Positions 1 through 12,123 of a stretch of DNA of 64,000 bases are shown here, one piece after another (within the stretch, counting starts at the first letter, position 1; each line of letters starts with the position of its first letter). Under the pieces are notes generated by a model. The model searched no databases. It saw nothing but the letters and a program-made list of their open reading frames with translations, and was not told where the DNA came from. The stretch is from Chiloscyllium plagiosum (Eukaryota), in assembly GCF_004010195.1 (NCBI RefSeq), contig NC_057716.1, positions 16,492,720-16,556,719 of the forward strand, in the 5' to 3' direction. Position numbers and translations under genes: made by a program.

Positions 1-59
1 CTCCAATAGGCCTGTTGTTAATCACCACTACCCCAGTACAGCTCCCATTTTGAATGCAA

Positions 60-750
60 CACAGAATGCATTTAGGGAATGATCAGCCTGGTCATCATCT
101 GCAGATGCCTTACAGACAAACACCATGACAAAGACATGGCACAACCTAACTCACTGGCCACGCCACCGTACATAAAGCGTCTCTGAACTGACAGCCAGAC
201 TTCTCTGACCATTGGAATCCACGATAGCCCATAAACTGACAGGCACACTCAGACAACAACTCACCAGGACAAAATATCCAATACCCTTCACGTGCAGGAC
301 AAACATAATTTACAAGATTCCATGCAGAGACTGCACGAGATGTTACATAGGACAAACAGGCAGACAGCTAGCATCTACGAACACCAACTAGCCACTAAAC
401 ACCACGACCAGCTAACCTGGCAGCCATACACACAGACGACAAGGACCACAAATTCGACTGGGACAACACAACGATCACAGGACAAGCTAAACAGAGCACA
501 GCCACAGTGTGTCTGGAAGCATGGCACTCAGCCACGGACTCCATCAACAAACACGCAGACCTTGACCCAATGTACCCGGCCACTACAACAAACAACCAGA
601 AGCAGCAGGAACCGAACCAAATAAATTCCAGAAAACACATTATAGCAGCGTTTCACAGGAGGCTCCAAAGCACTGGAGTCACCTGGACAGGGGATGAAAA
701 GTCTGTAAATCGACTTCCCAGCTCGGCAAACATACCCACAACTACGACAA
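60..750 (+). mobile_element. Decayed Penelope-like retroelement (RT thumb + GIY-YIG endonuclease + 3' pLTR), Poseidon/Penelope-type
   Basis: Frame from 299 reads TNIIYKIPCRDCTRCYIGQTGRQLA (GIY-YIG motif). It is preceded by PYIK..SELTARLL..IAHK..TLRQQLTRTK and followed by EHQLATK..CLEAWHS, with frameshifts and stops. Degenerate hammerhead-like motif at 670-706. Confidence 0.9.
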
Positions 751-1191
751 GGTAGGAGTGTCCACCAATGGCTGGACACATCCATCACCAATGCTTGACA
801 CCATCCAGGACGAAGCAGCCCAAGTGGTCGTCATCATCAAAATCAGACCTAAAAGTCAAAATCCTGCAACACTCTTCCTAACAGTGCTACTTGCATTCCA
901 AGGAATACAGTGGTTTGAAAAGGCACTTTCTCAAGGGATTTTCAATGAGCAATAAATACTACCTCAGATTGCATAACTATCTGAAGAGCCCAATCCTTCC
1001 AGTACTTCAGACTGTCCTAAAAGGTTAGGCTCTTCTCCAGCTTCAGATTCTATAGAAATCCCTCATGTTCCTCGACACACTGCACTGGGAAGGATGCCCT
1101 GGGCAATGAAATCAAGGGATCATAAGCAGTTTTCAAAATAATTCATCTGTCCAGTGGTGCTTCATCTTTCTTGTATTATATTTCTCCTCAC

Positions 1192-1307
1192 CTCGAGCAA
1201 TAGATCTCCCTCGGAGATGATTGGCTGACCATTTTGCTGTCCATTCCCTTGAAAGTGTGCTGAGGGCTTGTCCGTCAACCAGCCAGCCCTGCTCCTCTTG
1301 ATGCCGG
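1192..1307 (-). CDS. Candidate spliced exon of an unidentified host gene
   Basis: Minus strand: long polypyrimidine tract (ctgtttcttttctaaagtgtccctttgtttgtattccttacag|) and donor GAG|GTGAGG, 116 bp of non-repeat sequence. Two frames are fully open; the third has a stop followed by ATG in good Kozak context (MDSKMVSQSSPREIYCS). Confidence 0.5.
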
Positions 1308-1494
1308 CTGTAAGGAATACAAACAAAGGGACACTTTAGAAAAGAAACAGGGTTATGAAACAATGCGCAGCTCGCTTTTCAGAGAAAATTAAAATTAGCG
1401 CCAGACAAGAAATTACTCATGAAAGGTGGCTTTTTCTCATTAAACATGAGTTTATTCTGAGCAGCCAGATTAATAAACAGGAACTGACAGCACA

Positions 1495-1645
1495 GTGGGA
1501 GAAAGTGAGAGGCTGGAGATCAGAGTCGAGTGTGGGGCGCTGGAAATGCACAGCAGGTCAGGCAGCATCCGAGGAGCAGGAGAGTCAATGCTTCGGGCAT
1601 AAGCTTCATCCCTGCTAGAGGGAGAGTAACTTGTATGATTACCGC
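1495..1645 (-). mobile_element. Penelope pLTR fragment (family A)
   Basis: ggagaaagtgag..cagcaggtcaggcagcatccgaggagcagg motif; flanking direct repeat ctgacagcaca at 1484-1494 and 1646-1656. Confidence 0.75.
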
Positions 1646-1689
1646 CTGACAGCACATGGTACCATGAGAATTTTAAAAGGGGTCAAATT

Positions 1690-3270
1690 CAGTTCTTTTT
1701 TAATCCATGCATGCAATCTGAGGTAGTATTTATTGCTCATTGAAAATCCCTTGAGAAAGTGGCAGTCAGCTGCCTTTTAAACCACTGTACACCTTGGAAT
1801 GCAAGTCGCACTGTTAGGAAGAGAGTCGCAAGATTTTGACTTTATGACAATGAAGGAAAAGCAATATACGTTCAGATGGTGTGGGGCTTGGAGAGGGAAC
1901 TGCGAAGTGGTGCTCTCACGTATCTGCTGCCTCTGTCTTTCCAGTGGATAGTGGCTGCAGATAGATTTAGAAAGAACTGTCGAAGGAGCCTTGGTGAGTG
2001 GCTGCAGTACGTCTTGTGAATGATGTGGAGATGCTGGAGTTGGATTGGCGTGGATAAGGTCAAAAATGAAATGACACCAGGCTTTAGTCCAACAGGTTTA
2101 TTTGAAACTGCAAGCTTTCAGAGCTCTGCTCCTTCCTCAGGCATGATTGATATAGAGCTATAAGACAGTATTTATAAGCAAAATGTTATCTAGGGACAAA
2201 GGTTTGAAAGGAATCTGGATTTTGCATTTTACTTCAGCAGTCTACCACCTAACTGATTCAAGGATCCAACAAAAGCAGCTAGTTTTAAAGGTGTTAACTT
2301 TTTGTTTATTCATACTGTGTCTTGTATCTCCCCACCATACCACGCCCGAGGAAGGAGCAGAGCCTCAAAAGCTTGCAATTTCAAATAAACCTGTTGGACT
2401 GTAACCTATTGTCATTTGATTTTCATCTTGTGGATGACACACAGTGCTGCCACTTTGCATCTGGCATAACGCAAGTGAACAGTGAAAGTGGCGGATGAGG
2501 TTCCAATTCAGTGGGCTACTTTGTCGTGGATGGTGTCAAGCAAGTGGAGAGTACTTAATCACTTTTGACTTAACGCCTTGTAGGTTGTGGACAGATTTTG
2601 CGAATTCAGGAGATGAGTTATTTACCTTAAAATTCCTAGCCTGTTGTAGCCTCAGTATTAATTGCGGTGGTGTAATTCAGTTTCTGATCAATGGGTAATC
2701 TAGGGTATTGATTATGGGGAATTCAGCAACAGTGATACCATTAAATGTCAAGGGGCAATAGTTAGATAGACTCTCTCTTTTTGAAGGTGACTCCTGAGTG
2801 ATTCAAACCTTATCAGTTTAAGTCTGGATATTGTTCAAATCATGCTGTAGGGAGATATGGACTATTACAGAACCGGATAATCATAAATGATGCTGAACAT
2901 TGCTCAACTATCAGCAAACATACCTACTTCTGACCTGCAGATCAAGGCAAGGTCAATGATGGTTGAGCAGTGAAACTACCCTGAGGAACCCTGTAGTGAT
3001 ATTGGGGAACTAAGATGATTCACTTCAAAACCACAACCATCTTCCTATACACTCAGTATTTCTCCCACTAAAGGGATTTTCTGCTCGTACCCACTGATTT
3101 CAATTTTGAAAGGGCTCCTTGATGTTATCCTCAAATCAAAAGCTGCCTTGACATCAGGGGCAGTCACTCTCACTTCACCTCTGGAATTCACCTTTTTGGA
3201 ATACATTTGAACCAAGGTTGGAGGACATCAGGAGCTGACTGGCTATGGCAGAATCCAAATTGAGTGGTGG
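1690..3270 (-). mobile_element. Old non-LTR retrotransposon (CR1/Jockey group), 3' portion, interrupted by later insertions
   Basis: Reverse strand near 3140-3190 reads NSRGEVRVTAPDVKAA (RT motif 3 region). Same family as 56355-57560. Resumes briefly after 3924. Confidence 0.75.
2024..2425. mobile_element. Inverted pair of Penelope pLTRs (family B) with hammerhead core
   Basis: 2060-2145 and 2343-2425 are reverse complements. TSD tcttgtg(a/g)atga at 2012-2023 and 2426-2437. Minus arm reads ugc-CUGAGGA-A-GGAGC-aga-GCUCU-GAAA-GC-UU-gca. Confidence 0.85.
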
Positions 3271-3923
3271 TGTTGTGAAGGTGTAGGTATGCACCGTACC
3301 TTTGAGAGAGAGATAGGAAGCTAGCAAGGACTGACTGAAAGCACAGAGTATCTGGAACAATTGTAACACTTGGTTGAAACAAACAGCTGGAGTTGAGTTG
3401 CCATGGAACAAAAACAAATTCAAATTCAGCCAGTTTAAATTATGCCCCAGGTACAAAAATCCAATTTAATTTGAATTTAGTGTTGTTATGACATCAAACA
3501 AATAACAAGATCCAATGTTTTGGGGTATAAAAACAGACAGTTTGAACAGTTATGGGGAGAACTGTCAAGAAAACCAACAAGTGTACACAGATGGCCAAAT
3601 AGCTCTCTGAAAGGTACCTGTCCATAAAAAAAGTTGTGCAGCAGAAGACCAAAGAGGAGATGATACAGGGAATCCTACGAGTGGATCTCTACAGGGGGGA
3701 GGGTAGAGTGAGAGGTAAAAGATAGGTTTAAGAGAAAGGAGTTGTAAATAGTCGTTTTAATGTTCTCTGGTGGACTTAAAGAGTAAAATAGTTAATTTTT
3801 ACTTTAAATACTGACCTCTGGGATAGCTCTTTGCCTCTCGAAATGTAACGGATTGCAGTGCGAGGTGAGCTTCTCTATGTGTCGGGTTGAAATTAGCAGA
3901 GGGGTTTACCCAGTGTTGTAACA
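3271..3923 (+). mobile_element. Solo LTR (Gypsy/ERV-like)
   Basis: Begins TGTTGTGA and ends TGTAACA; CCAAT at 3512, TATAAAA at 3526; cleanly interrupts the surrounding LINE. Confidence 0.65.
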
Positions 3924-5074
3924 GTGATGAGCAGATTAATGCTATGCACCTGCTACCTAATAAGATGTATAACCTGTTTGAACTGTCAGCTAAGCTCAGA
4001 TAACTGTGTGCATATGTATGTGGGGAGAGTGAGCAAGAGAGAGTGAATGTATGAAAGTTAATGAATGAGAGAGAGTACGCATACACACACGTATGTGGTG
4101 CTGATGGAGGAACGGGAGTGGCAGTGTATATACAAGACGTGTACATGTAGGTACACTAAATTGGCACAACCCAACTGTTGCTCTTCACTTCTCCTGTCTA
4201 TGGGCACTCTACCTTCTGTTAACATGAGGAATATTAAGACAATGAGAATTGTACTGTGGTACATGTGAATACTTTTATTGCAACAGGGAAGAGAAACAAA
4301 GTAAAGACTGATTTGGAGGTGCTATAATCTGGTGTTGCATGATTTTTAGCTAATTAAAGATTGCTTGCTATGTCCAAACATATCAAAATAATTGGATGCC
4401 GGTATTTTTGATTTGAAAACCTCTCTCTTTAACCTCTTTTGACATGTATGATAAAGGACAAACTCATTCTGATTCACAGAAGGTGAACATTCAACGTATA
4501 CTTAGTGGACTGAATGGCTATTCTCTGCACTACCGCGGCATTATCAAACTATGTTATCCATGGAGAATGAACTCCAAATCCTTCACCGCCTGACAGCATT
4601 ACCCTTTCAATGTCCGTTGAATAAATGCCAGTAAGAGAACTGGACACACTCCGAGTAGGCTCGAGAAGATGGCTGAAAACATATTCTTCAGAATCAAGAG
4701 TTGGTTTGGCTGCCCTCCAGAGTCTATCACCCCGGGTTTGTTCAAATTAAGACGGTGGTGCAAGGTTCTGGTTCAGCCGCAACTTTGGAGGGCTCCACTG
4801 GTACTCAGGACTTTTAACTGCATTGGAGGGGAGTGCCAAAAGGTGGCTTTACTCTGCAAACTAGGACACAGTATTGCACAACAGCGCAGCACCCGGGCTG
4901 AGCAGGAGAATACCCACATTCAGCAAAAGCAACGGAAACGGATGCTCTGAATGAATCCAGTTAAAAATGTAATGCTCTCCACCTTATTGGTGAAGAATCC
5001 CCAAATCAAACCTTTTTGCAGATGGCCTCCACAAGGCAAATAGTGCTACTGTTTGCAAAACGTATGGCCAAGTA

Positions 5075-5232
5075 TGGCATAGATTGATAAATTCTTAATG
5101 GCACAAGGAATTAAGGGCTACGGGGAGAATGAGGATAAATGGAGTTGAAATGCTCATCAGTCATGATTAAATGGCGGAGTGGACTCGATGGGCCGAATGG
5201 CCTTACTTCCACTCCTATGTCTTATGGTCTTA
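5075..5232 (+). mobile_element. CR1 LINE 3' tail
   Basis: gatgggccgaatggcc hairpin followed by a tatg(g)tct repeat tail. Confidence 0.8.
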
Positions 5233-5819
5233 AGTTTATTTGAGGATTCCTCCTCTATAGCCTGTTTCGCTAACCATTTTTGCACTTTGCCAGTTTAGAA
5301 TGGCAAGCAAGATAAGAGGCTGAAGCTTTGAAATTCAATAGGGTTTATAACCAACAATATAGCCAAGATTAGAGAGGTGATTATCCTTTCCCCCTTTTGC
5401 CGGATATACCCACCACCTTTCTTTCTCATTTCTCTTTCTTTTCTTGTCTTTCTACCTATCAATCTGTATCATGGGTTATTCTACCTCCCCTGTATTGACT
5501 GGTCTCGATAGGCCCAGCATGGTAATGGACAGACCGATGGCAGCAACAAGAGGAAATGTGATGGTCCAGCAGTTCATCAGATGGCTACATGGTTTCTCAA
5601 CCTTATTCCCTTCAGTTCAAGGTTGGAGTCAGTTCATCGAGAATGTCACATGATTATAGGGCTGAAACAGAGCCTCGTTTTTTTTGTTTCCAAGAAATTG
5701 TTCCCAAATGACAAACAAACACTTCTCATCACAAAACTCATGACTCAAACCAGCCTGGGTAAACCTCAGAGTGACAGAGCGAGAGCGCGGAACTCCTAAA
5801 CTTACTCCCAAACTGCACC

Positions 5820-6262
5820 GAGTTGTATGTAAGGGAGTGTCTTTGATGCGACAAAATATCTCGAGATGTTTTGCAAGAGCATTAAAAAGCAAAGTTCCTT
5901 CTGAGGCCAAGGAAATCATGTTAGCGCAGATAACCAAAAGCCCGATGCGAGGGGAAGGTGGAAAGTAGCATCAGAAACGAGAAGGCGGCAAGGTTAAGGA
6001 AAGAGTTCCAGGGCTTAGGTCCCAGGCAGCTGGATGCTCAAGGCCAGAAGCTGATATCTTAGTGGGGCTGAAAGAGATAACAGAAACAGGGAGGACCATG
6101 ACCAGGAGCCAATGTAAGTCAGGGAGGTAAATGGCATTTGGTACAGATTAGGACACTGGGAGCAGAGGTTTGGAATAGCTCAAATTTGTGGAGTGTGGAA
6201 TGTGAAACACCAGCCAGGGTTACACTGGAATAGTCTAATCTAGACGGAGCAACCAAAGGTCA
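5820..6262 (-). mobile_element. Old L2 LINE 3' fragment
   Basis: Reverse strand reads SRLDYSSVTLAGVSHSTLHKFELFQTSA, matching the L2 'SRLDYCN..LQ..QN.AA' signature. Confidence 0.75.
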
Positions 6263-6427
6263 AGTGTTCCTCAGCTGCTCTAGTTTGAACTTCAATCACT
6301 CCTGTGTCCCTCATAGCAAAGTCAACTTGTAGGGTGAAAGTATAGGATAAGGCCAACCCACCAGTCTAGCATATCCATCCAGACCTGGCACTTGCCATTG
6401 CTTTAACGTTGGTGAGATGTGAAGTCT

Positions 6428-6517
6428 GAAAGTGTGTCGCTGGAAAAGCGCAGCAGGTCAGGCAGCATCCAAGGAGCAGGACAATCAACGTTTCAGGCAT
6501 GAGCCCTTCTTCAGGAA
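6428..6517 (-). mobile_element. Penelope pLTR fragment (family A) with hammerhead core
   Basis: Minus strand CUGAAGA-A-GGGC-ucau-GCCU-GAAA-CG-UU at 6486-6514; flanking repeat gtgaagtct at 6419-6427 and 6518-6526. Confidence 0.8.
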
Positions 6518-6986
6518 GTGAAGTCTCCCTAACAGCACTTTGGGGGTACCTACACCACACAGACTGCAGTGTTTCAAGAAGGCAACTCACCACCATGTTC
6601 TCCAGCGGGATTAGCAACAAATACTGGCCTTACTACAGCTCCCAAGAATAAAGTCAAAGTGATGTAAATGGAGACGAAGGATTATTCCACAGAACACAAT
6701 CATTCTGGTGTTGTGGTGAGGGATGGGGGCTGGTGCTATTGGAAGGGGATGTTAGGTGAGACGGCAGGCTGGGTGAAAATGATGACTGAGATGTGAAGGT
6801 GACATTCTGCAATTCTGTTTGCCTGCCTCAGGGACCTGCAGGATATTCAGAGTACTGACCCTTCAGGACATTGGGTCCATCCAGACAACAACACTGACCC
6901 AGTCTGCTAGGAAACAAGTGCTGAAAGGTCAAATGACCTCACCTTACCCAATATGTTGTATGTTTCATCTCCCTCCCTCCCTCCCG

Positions 6987-7104
6987 TGAGAGTGAGACCG
7001 AGAGTGAGACCGAGAGACCGAGACCGAGAGACCGAGACCGAGAGACCGAGACCGAGAGAGAGAGACCGAGAGACCGAGACCGAGAGACCGAGACCGAGAG
7101 ACCG
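6987..7104. repeat. (GAGACC/GA)n simple repeat running into an assembly gap (N 7105-7289)
   Basis: Directly visible. Confidence 0.95.
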
Positions 7105-7904
7105 NNNNNNNNNNNNNNNNNNNNNNNNNNNNNNNNNNNNNNNNNNNNNNNNNNNNNNNNNNNNNNNNNNNNNNNNNNNNNNNNNNNNNNNNNNNNNNNN
7201 NNNNNNNNNNNNNNNNNNNNNNNNNNNNNNNNNNNNNNNNNNNNNNNNNNNNNNNNNNNNNNNNNNNNNNNNNNNNNNNNNNNNNNNNNTGGTGTTCCCT
7301 TGAGATTTTACTTTGTGTGTTTTCAAAGTGTGAGATTGTTCTGCTCAGCTTGAGGGTTTTAAGTTACCCACAATTTCCTTCCAAGCAAGTCCGTACGAGT
7401 CTGTATATGAGACCGAGAGATCAACGTGCTGTCAGCAAGCAGAACTTGAGTACACTAGCAAAGGGTTTTGATGAGAAATATTTGTTTAATTAATGAGCTT
7501 CATAGTCGAAAAATTTAATGATGGTGGGGGTGGGTGCAGGGGCACGATTTCTAAATTTCTCTTCCCCCAATTTCCAACAAATTTCACCCTCCACCCCAGA
7601 AGATGCTGTATCAGGTGGAGGTACACTGCTCCGTTGTGCAGTTTCCCGTTCCTTGAGCTAGATTTTATACACCTCTTCCCATCCCCATACAAGTCGGTGA
7701 CTGCACATAAAATCCAGCAGGCACAGCCTCCACGCCAGCATCCCCAACCTGTCTGAAGACCTACAATACGACAGTGGCAGTGCAAAGATTAGAGCAATTT
7801 GTTCACCTTAGACATACAGAGGGTACAGGCCAAGCAGGGAGATGAGCACTGTAGCAAGTCCCACCAAGACACAGCAGCAGCTACCATGCACTAGGGCAAT
7901 TCAG

Positions 7905-8165
7905 GAAGCCTCGTTCAACATCACCTTTCAAACCTGTGACATCTACCACCTGGAGGGGTAAGGACAGCAGATACATGAAATCACCATCACTTACTGGCTG
8001 CCTTCTGAACCGCACATCAAGTTAACTGAGAGGTCAGTTACTTCACTGTCACTGGGTCAAAATCCAGGAGCGAAAGCACCGTGGGGTTTTCTATACCCGG
8101 ATTGGCCACAGTAGCTCAAGAAGACATTAACGTTTGAACAATAAACGTTGGCCTTGCTAGCGACG
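7905..8165 (+). mobile_element. 3' end of the old CR1/Jockey-group LINE family
   Basis: cttcactgtcactgggtcaaaatcc and caataaacgttggccttgctagcgac motifs, shared with 54700-54982 and the reverse complement of 1690-2000. Confidence 0.65.
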
Positions 8166-8897
8166 TCCACATGGGTGAACTGACAGTCAACCCAAGGATG
8201 GGCCAGTTCAGACCAGTGCCAAGTGGAAGCAACCATCACTACACTAATAAAAAGAAAGCAACCACACAAATAAAACGGAACCAAGACTTCATAAAGCTAA
8301 AAGCAGGCAATCTGCCGACTGTCACCGTGGTAACCACTCGGTAAAGAATGTGGTAAATGGGACAGTGCCATCTTGAGGGATATTCATACTGCACTGAAAT
8401 ACTGGTGGTTACAATATTGTAACTGGTGCCCAGAAAAACCAAGGTCCCTCAATTAAGAGTATCACGCACGCCAACACAAACCTACCGTGCAGCTTTTCCA
8501 AACAGCTAAACACACAAATCATAAGGCTGCCGTGGTATCTGCCTTTTCCTGATTCTGCTCAAGTACATTTCGTAACTTTTATTTTGTAGCGAGTTTGACA
8601 GTCCAATTTTAAACCAAAGTTGGATGGGATATCTTTTTCCCCTCTGGCATGAGGAGAAACTGTAGATGAACTGGCATGCTCTCCCACTGCTTTCAAACAC
8701 GTTTGGAGGGGTGAAGTGTTTGCCAGCTGTGAAGGCAGGCGCAGGCTGGGAGGTCACTGGGTCGGGTGTTGCTCTTATTTTGTGAGCAAGCACGAACATC
8801 CTGTGCTTCCACTCAGCCCTCTAGCGCGTGCAGACTGCGCAGCAATGCTACAAAAACCACCGGCATCAGTGGCTGGGCCAAGCTAAAGGAGATATTT

Positions 8898-9242
8898 GGG
8901 GCAGCACGGTGGCTCAGTGGTTAGCACTGCTGCCTTCCAGTGCCAGGGACCCAGGTTCAATTCCAGCCTTGGGCGACTGTCTGTGGGGAGTTTGCACATT
9001 CTCTCAGTGTCTGTGTGGGTTTCCTCTGGGTGCTCCAGTTTCCTCCCACAATCCAAAGATTGCCATGCTAAATTGCCATGCTAAATTGCCCATAGTGTTC
9101 AGGGATGTGGAGGTTAGGTGCATGAGTCAGGGGTAAATGTATAGTAGTAGGGGAATGGGTCTGAGTGGGTTAGTCTTCAGAGGGTCAGTGTGGACTTGTT
9201 GGGCCGAAGGGCCTGTTTCCACACTGAAGGGATTCTATGATA
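8898..9242 (+). mobile_element. HE1-type tRNA-derived SINE
   Basis: A box TGGCTCAGTGG, B box GGTTCAATTCC, V-domain (gtgggtttcctc..gggtgctcc..tttcctcccaca) and CR1-derived 3' tail. Confidence 0.92.
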
Positions 9243-10529
9243 TGGTATGGTTGTCTCAGTTTGCATCCACCTCAGATCGCACTGTGTGTATCAATATTTG
9301 GACTAAAACAGGATTGAGGTAAACATGGACTCTTGGGTGAGAAAGGAGAATCAGGTGCTTGAAGGACAATCAATTTGCAAAGCTGCACAAGTGCCAACAG
9401 TAGCTTTACCTGCGCAAGATAGAATGAGTGCACACCATTGTTATCTCGTTTCCACGCGTCATCAGGAATTATTTCATCAGAATTGCTTTTTCTTAATGCA
9501 CCAACATGACTTAATTTGCTCCAACAATGACTTTAGTTCTCAAAGTTAATGCAAATCATACTGGCCACCAGCCAGTGACATGCCTGTAATATTGATGCCA
9601 CTGCTCCAAGGCAAACCAATATTCATGGTCAGTCAAGTTCCTCACACTCAAATACATACTAGGAAAGGGATAAGTAGATTAAAAAAAAAAGAGGGTACTC
9701 ATGAAAAGGAGTGAGAGAAAGAGGTTAGATGCGAAAGCAAGAGAAAACAANNNNNNNNNNNNNNNNNNNNNNNNNNNNNNNNNNNNNNNNNNNNNNNNNN
9801 NNNNNNNNNNNNNNNNNNNNNNNNNNNNNNNNNNNNNNNNNNNNNNNNNNNNNNNNNNNNNNNNNNNNNNNNNNNNNNNNNNNNNNNNNNNNNNNNNNNN
9901 NNNNNNNNNNNNNNNNNNNNAATGATATGGAGGCACTCTGCCTTGACAGCTGTCGCTGACTTTATTGCTGATGAAAAGCTCACTGTACATTTTACTAACT
10001 AGTGATACCCTACCGTGAAACACTGAATGGAAAGAAAAAGGGCTTATTTTTCTAAGATCAGAGTTTAGATGTCTGGTTTATATTTTAGAATTTTCCAGAG
10101 AGCAGGCCAGTGATCGGTGGTTGTTCCTGAGCCAGCAATTGGGCAATCTCAGCCTGGTTAACCCAACAAGTTAGAGGTGGTCAGCTTTCAACATCAGTCA
10201 AGCACACGGACGGGGTAGCTGGGTGCGGCAGCTCCAAAGACAGGTTTTCATAAACAAACTTATTTACAATACGTCCATTTCAAGTGGAGATCATTAGGCA
10301 CAGGAGTCACCGCACAAGTCAGAGCACAAACAGGTCTTTGCGGTTCAAATGGTAGTTCAGGGAACTACTTGGTACCGCTCTGTGAAGAGAGAGGCAGGGA
10401 GCCCTCAGTGATGGATACATGCAGGCTGCATGTAGCACAGTGAGAGCCCCATGTGTGCTCACTGACCTCACCTCTCGAAAACAGGAAGTTCGCAGTCAGG
10501 GACTGGCACCGGATACAACTACAGGCAAC

Positions 10530-11525
10530 ACAATTATTCACTGGAGGAAGGTTTGTTGTGGAGTTCCTCAGTGCTCAGTAATGGGAGCCTGGCTTTTCTT
10601 CGTTTAAACTAATGATCCAGATCGTGGTGGGACAAGGAATGATTTCAAAGTTTGCAAATGATACAAAATTTGGACAAACTGTGTGGGGGGGGGGGGGGGG
10701 GGGGGGTGGAGGACAGCGTAACTCCGAAAAGGGCACGAAAAAAAGCTGGTGGATAACAGACAAGTGAGATTCAACTGAGAGAGGTGCGAGGTGATGCGTT
10801 TTGGTCAGAGTGACATGGACAGACATTCGAAAACATGAGGTACTAGTGCAGAAAGAGCTGGGCGGAGATGTGCACAGATCACTGAAGGCAGCTGGACAGG
10901 TGGGGAGAGCACCAAGTAAAACGCACAGTATCCTCAGTTTTATTAATAGAGACATAGTGCAGAAGAGCAAGGGGATGATGCTGAACTGGTACTGGTACTG
11001 GATGCCTGTTAAATCTCCACTGCCTTACTATGCACAAGTTGTGAACATATTGAACAGAAGCAATTTACGAGAATGATTCTGGGGATCAGAAGTTTTGATT
11101 ATGATAGATTGAGGAAGTGGAGAATATTTCTCTCTGAGGTGAACAGTCCATGAGAACTGATTGAGGTTTTCAAAACTATGCACGGGCTGGATATACAACG
11201 TCGGGAGAAACCGTTTCCACACATAAACAGAACAAGAACAAGTGGGCATAGAGTTAAAGTGATTTGAAAAAGGGGAGTGGGTAATAGGAGAGAAACCTTT
11301 TGCACTCTGCAAGTTGTCAGATGATGGGATGCATTGCCTGGAAGTGCGACAGAGGCAGGTTCAACTGAAGCAGTCAAGAGGGCATTGGATGGTTATTTGA
11401 ACAAATATAATGTGCGATGGTTTGAGGAGCAAGCAGGAGATTGAGCATCATTACCTCGTGCCCTTTAATGAGCCAGTGCAGGCATGATGAGCCACGTAGT
11501 TTCTGCTTGCCAAGATTTCTGTGAT
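10530..11525 (+). mobile_element. Decayed CR1 LINE (RT C-terminal half and 3' UTR)
   Basis: Degenerate GVPQ.SV.G and KFA.DTK motifs; typical CR1 3' sequence. Confidence 0.8.
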
Positions 11526-11730
11526 CCGTTAAACATACTTGGACGGGAAAAAAAACGCAAATAATGCTGGAACACCATATGGCTGATCAACTCTGTCCAA
11601 ACTCGGTCATCAAAACGTAAGTGATTCCAGCCACAAGATTGGGAAGCGAGGCTCTCAAAGCAGCTACCTAGGTGATTACTGTTCCCACATCCTGCAACAG
11701 CTCCCAAGCTCCTGGAAGATTCATCGTACC

Positions 11731-12122
11731 TGTTTCAATGGGTAGCACTCTCACCTCATTCATGAGGTGGGAGATTCAAGACCCAACCCTGGGGAACTGA
11801 TCACCAAAGTCTAGGCTGGTTGTACCAGTGCCGGAATGAGGGAGTGTTACATCGTTGCAAAAGCCTCTCAGATGAGGTAGCTAACCAATGTTTTTTGCTC
11901 AAGTGGAGACAAAACTTCCTTGGGCGCTTCAAGATATAGTATGGAACATTGCCCACATCATCCAGACCAGTATTTATCCCTTAACGCATAAAGCGATCAT
12001 CTGGTCACATTATTTTTTGGGAGTTTACTGTGCAACATGGCTATCACCTTTCCTGCTCAACTCCAGTGACACCAGTTCATTGGCAGTAAATAAGAATATG
12101 GCCTTTCACAACAGGTGTTACC
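11731..12122 (+). mobile_element. Ancient DeuSINE (SacSINE1/AmnSINE-like)
   Basis: ggtagcactctcacctc head, ccagtgc..tgagggagtg and tatttatccct motifs of the Deu domain. Confidence 0.65.
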
Positions 12123-12123
12123 G

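Noticed and set aside
4540-4950. Protein-looking frames on both strands (e.g. LWRAAKPTLDSEEYVFSHLLEP on minus)
   Set aside because: In-frame stops nearby, no convincing acceptor and no recognisable family.
6942-6968. ATG..TGG|GTAAG|GTGAG short first-exon candidate (MKHTTYW)
   Set aside because: Too short to distinguish from chance; adjacent to a simple repeat and a gap.
6907-7326. ORFs with RDRE/LSVS repeats
   Set aside because: Microsatellite and N-gap artefacts; the same applies to 9679-10023.
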